This document shows positions 63,936-64,000 of a stretch of 64,000 nt of DNA, piece by piece. Location of the stretch: positions 93,994,001 to 94,058,000 of the forward strand of contig CM052816.1 in the NCBI GenBank assembly GCA_028534125.1. Reading direction: 5' to 3'. The notes below the pieces were generated by a model, which saw nothing but the letters and a program-made list of their open reading frames with translations, was not told where the DNA came from and did no database searches. Each line of letters opens with the position of its first letter. Position 1 is the first letter of the stretch. The stretch is from Lama glama. Lineage: Eukaryota. The position numbers and the translations under genes were made by a program.

Positions 63936-64000
63936 ATTTTAGAGCAGAGACTTTCCATTTTAATGGAAACAGTGCTAAGCTGTGTCCCCTGCTGGCATTG

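Overview
This is mammalian, not microbial, DNA: AT-rich, CpG-depleted, intergenic or deep-intronic, from a draft assembly with two N-gaps (14444-14543 and 26830-27329). I find no credible host protein-coding gene, RNA gene or CRISPR array. Nearly all listed ORFs are chance frames or transposon remnants. The window is dominated by interspersed repeats: L1/HAL1, L2, MIR, MaLR (MLT1), ERVL (MLT2, LTR16/LTR33-like, internal pol/dUTPase), ERV1-like solo LTRs, MER21, MER47/Tigger5, MER53 and MER5A. Cetartiodactyl-type L1 3' ends occur, and I see no ruminant, cetacean, pig, horse or carnivore SINEs, which tentatively suggests a camelid. The most notable observations are: (1) a degraded Gypsy-like gag/protease/RNase H remnant lacking RT, carried by two long overlapping minus-strand ORFs at about 59.9-60.7 kb; (2) a nested LTR pile-up at 4.6-9.9 kb with two same-family solo LTRs that carry different TSDs; (3) an LTR split by a gap with a 118-bp duplication that could hide a provirus; (4) a twin-primed mini-L1 with a TSD; (5) a pair of CTCF motifs separated by an L1; (6) several candidate enhancer or micro-exon patches. 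I see no solid evidence for a new biological system. Repeat families were assigned from memory of consensus sequences, not by a database search, and boundaries are approximate unless a TSD is quoted.
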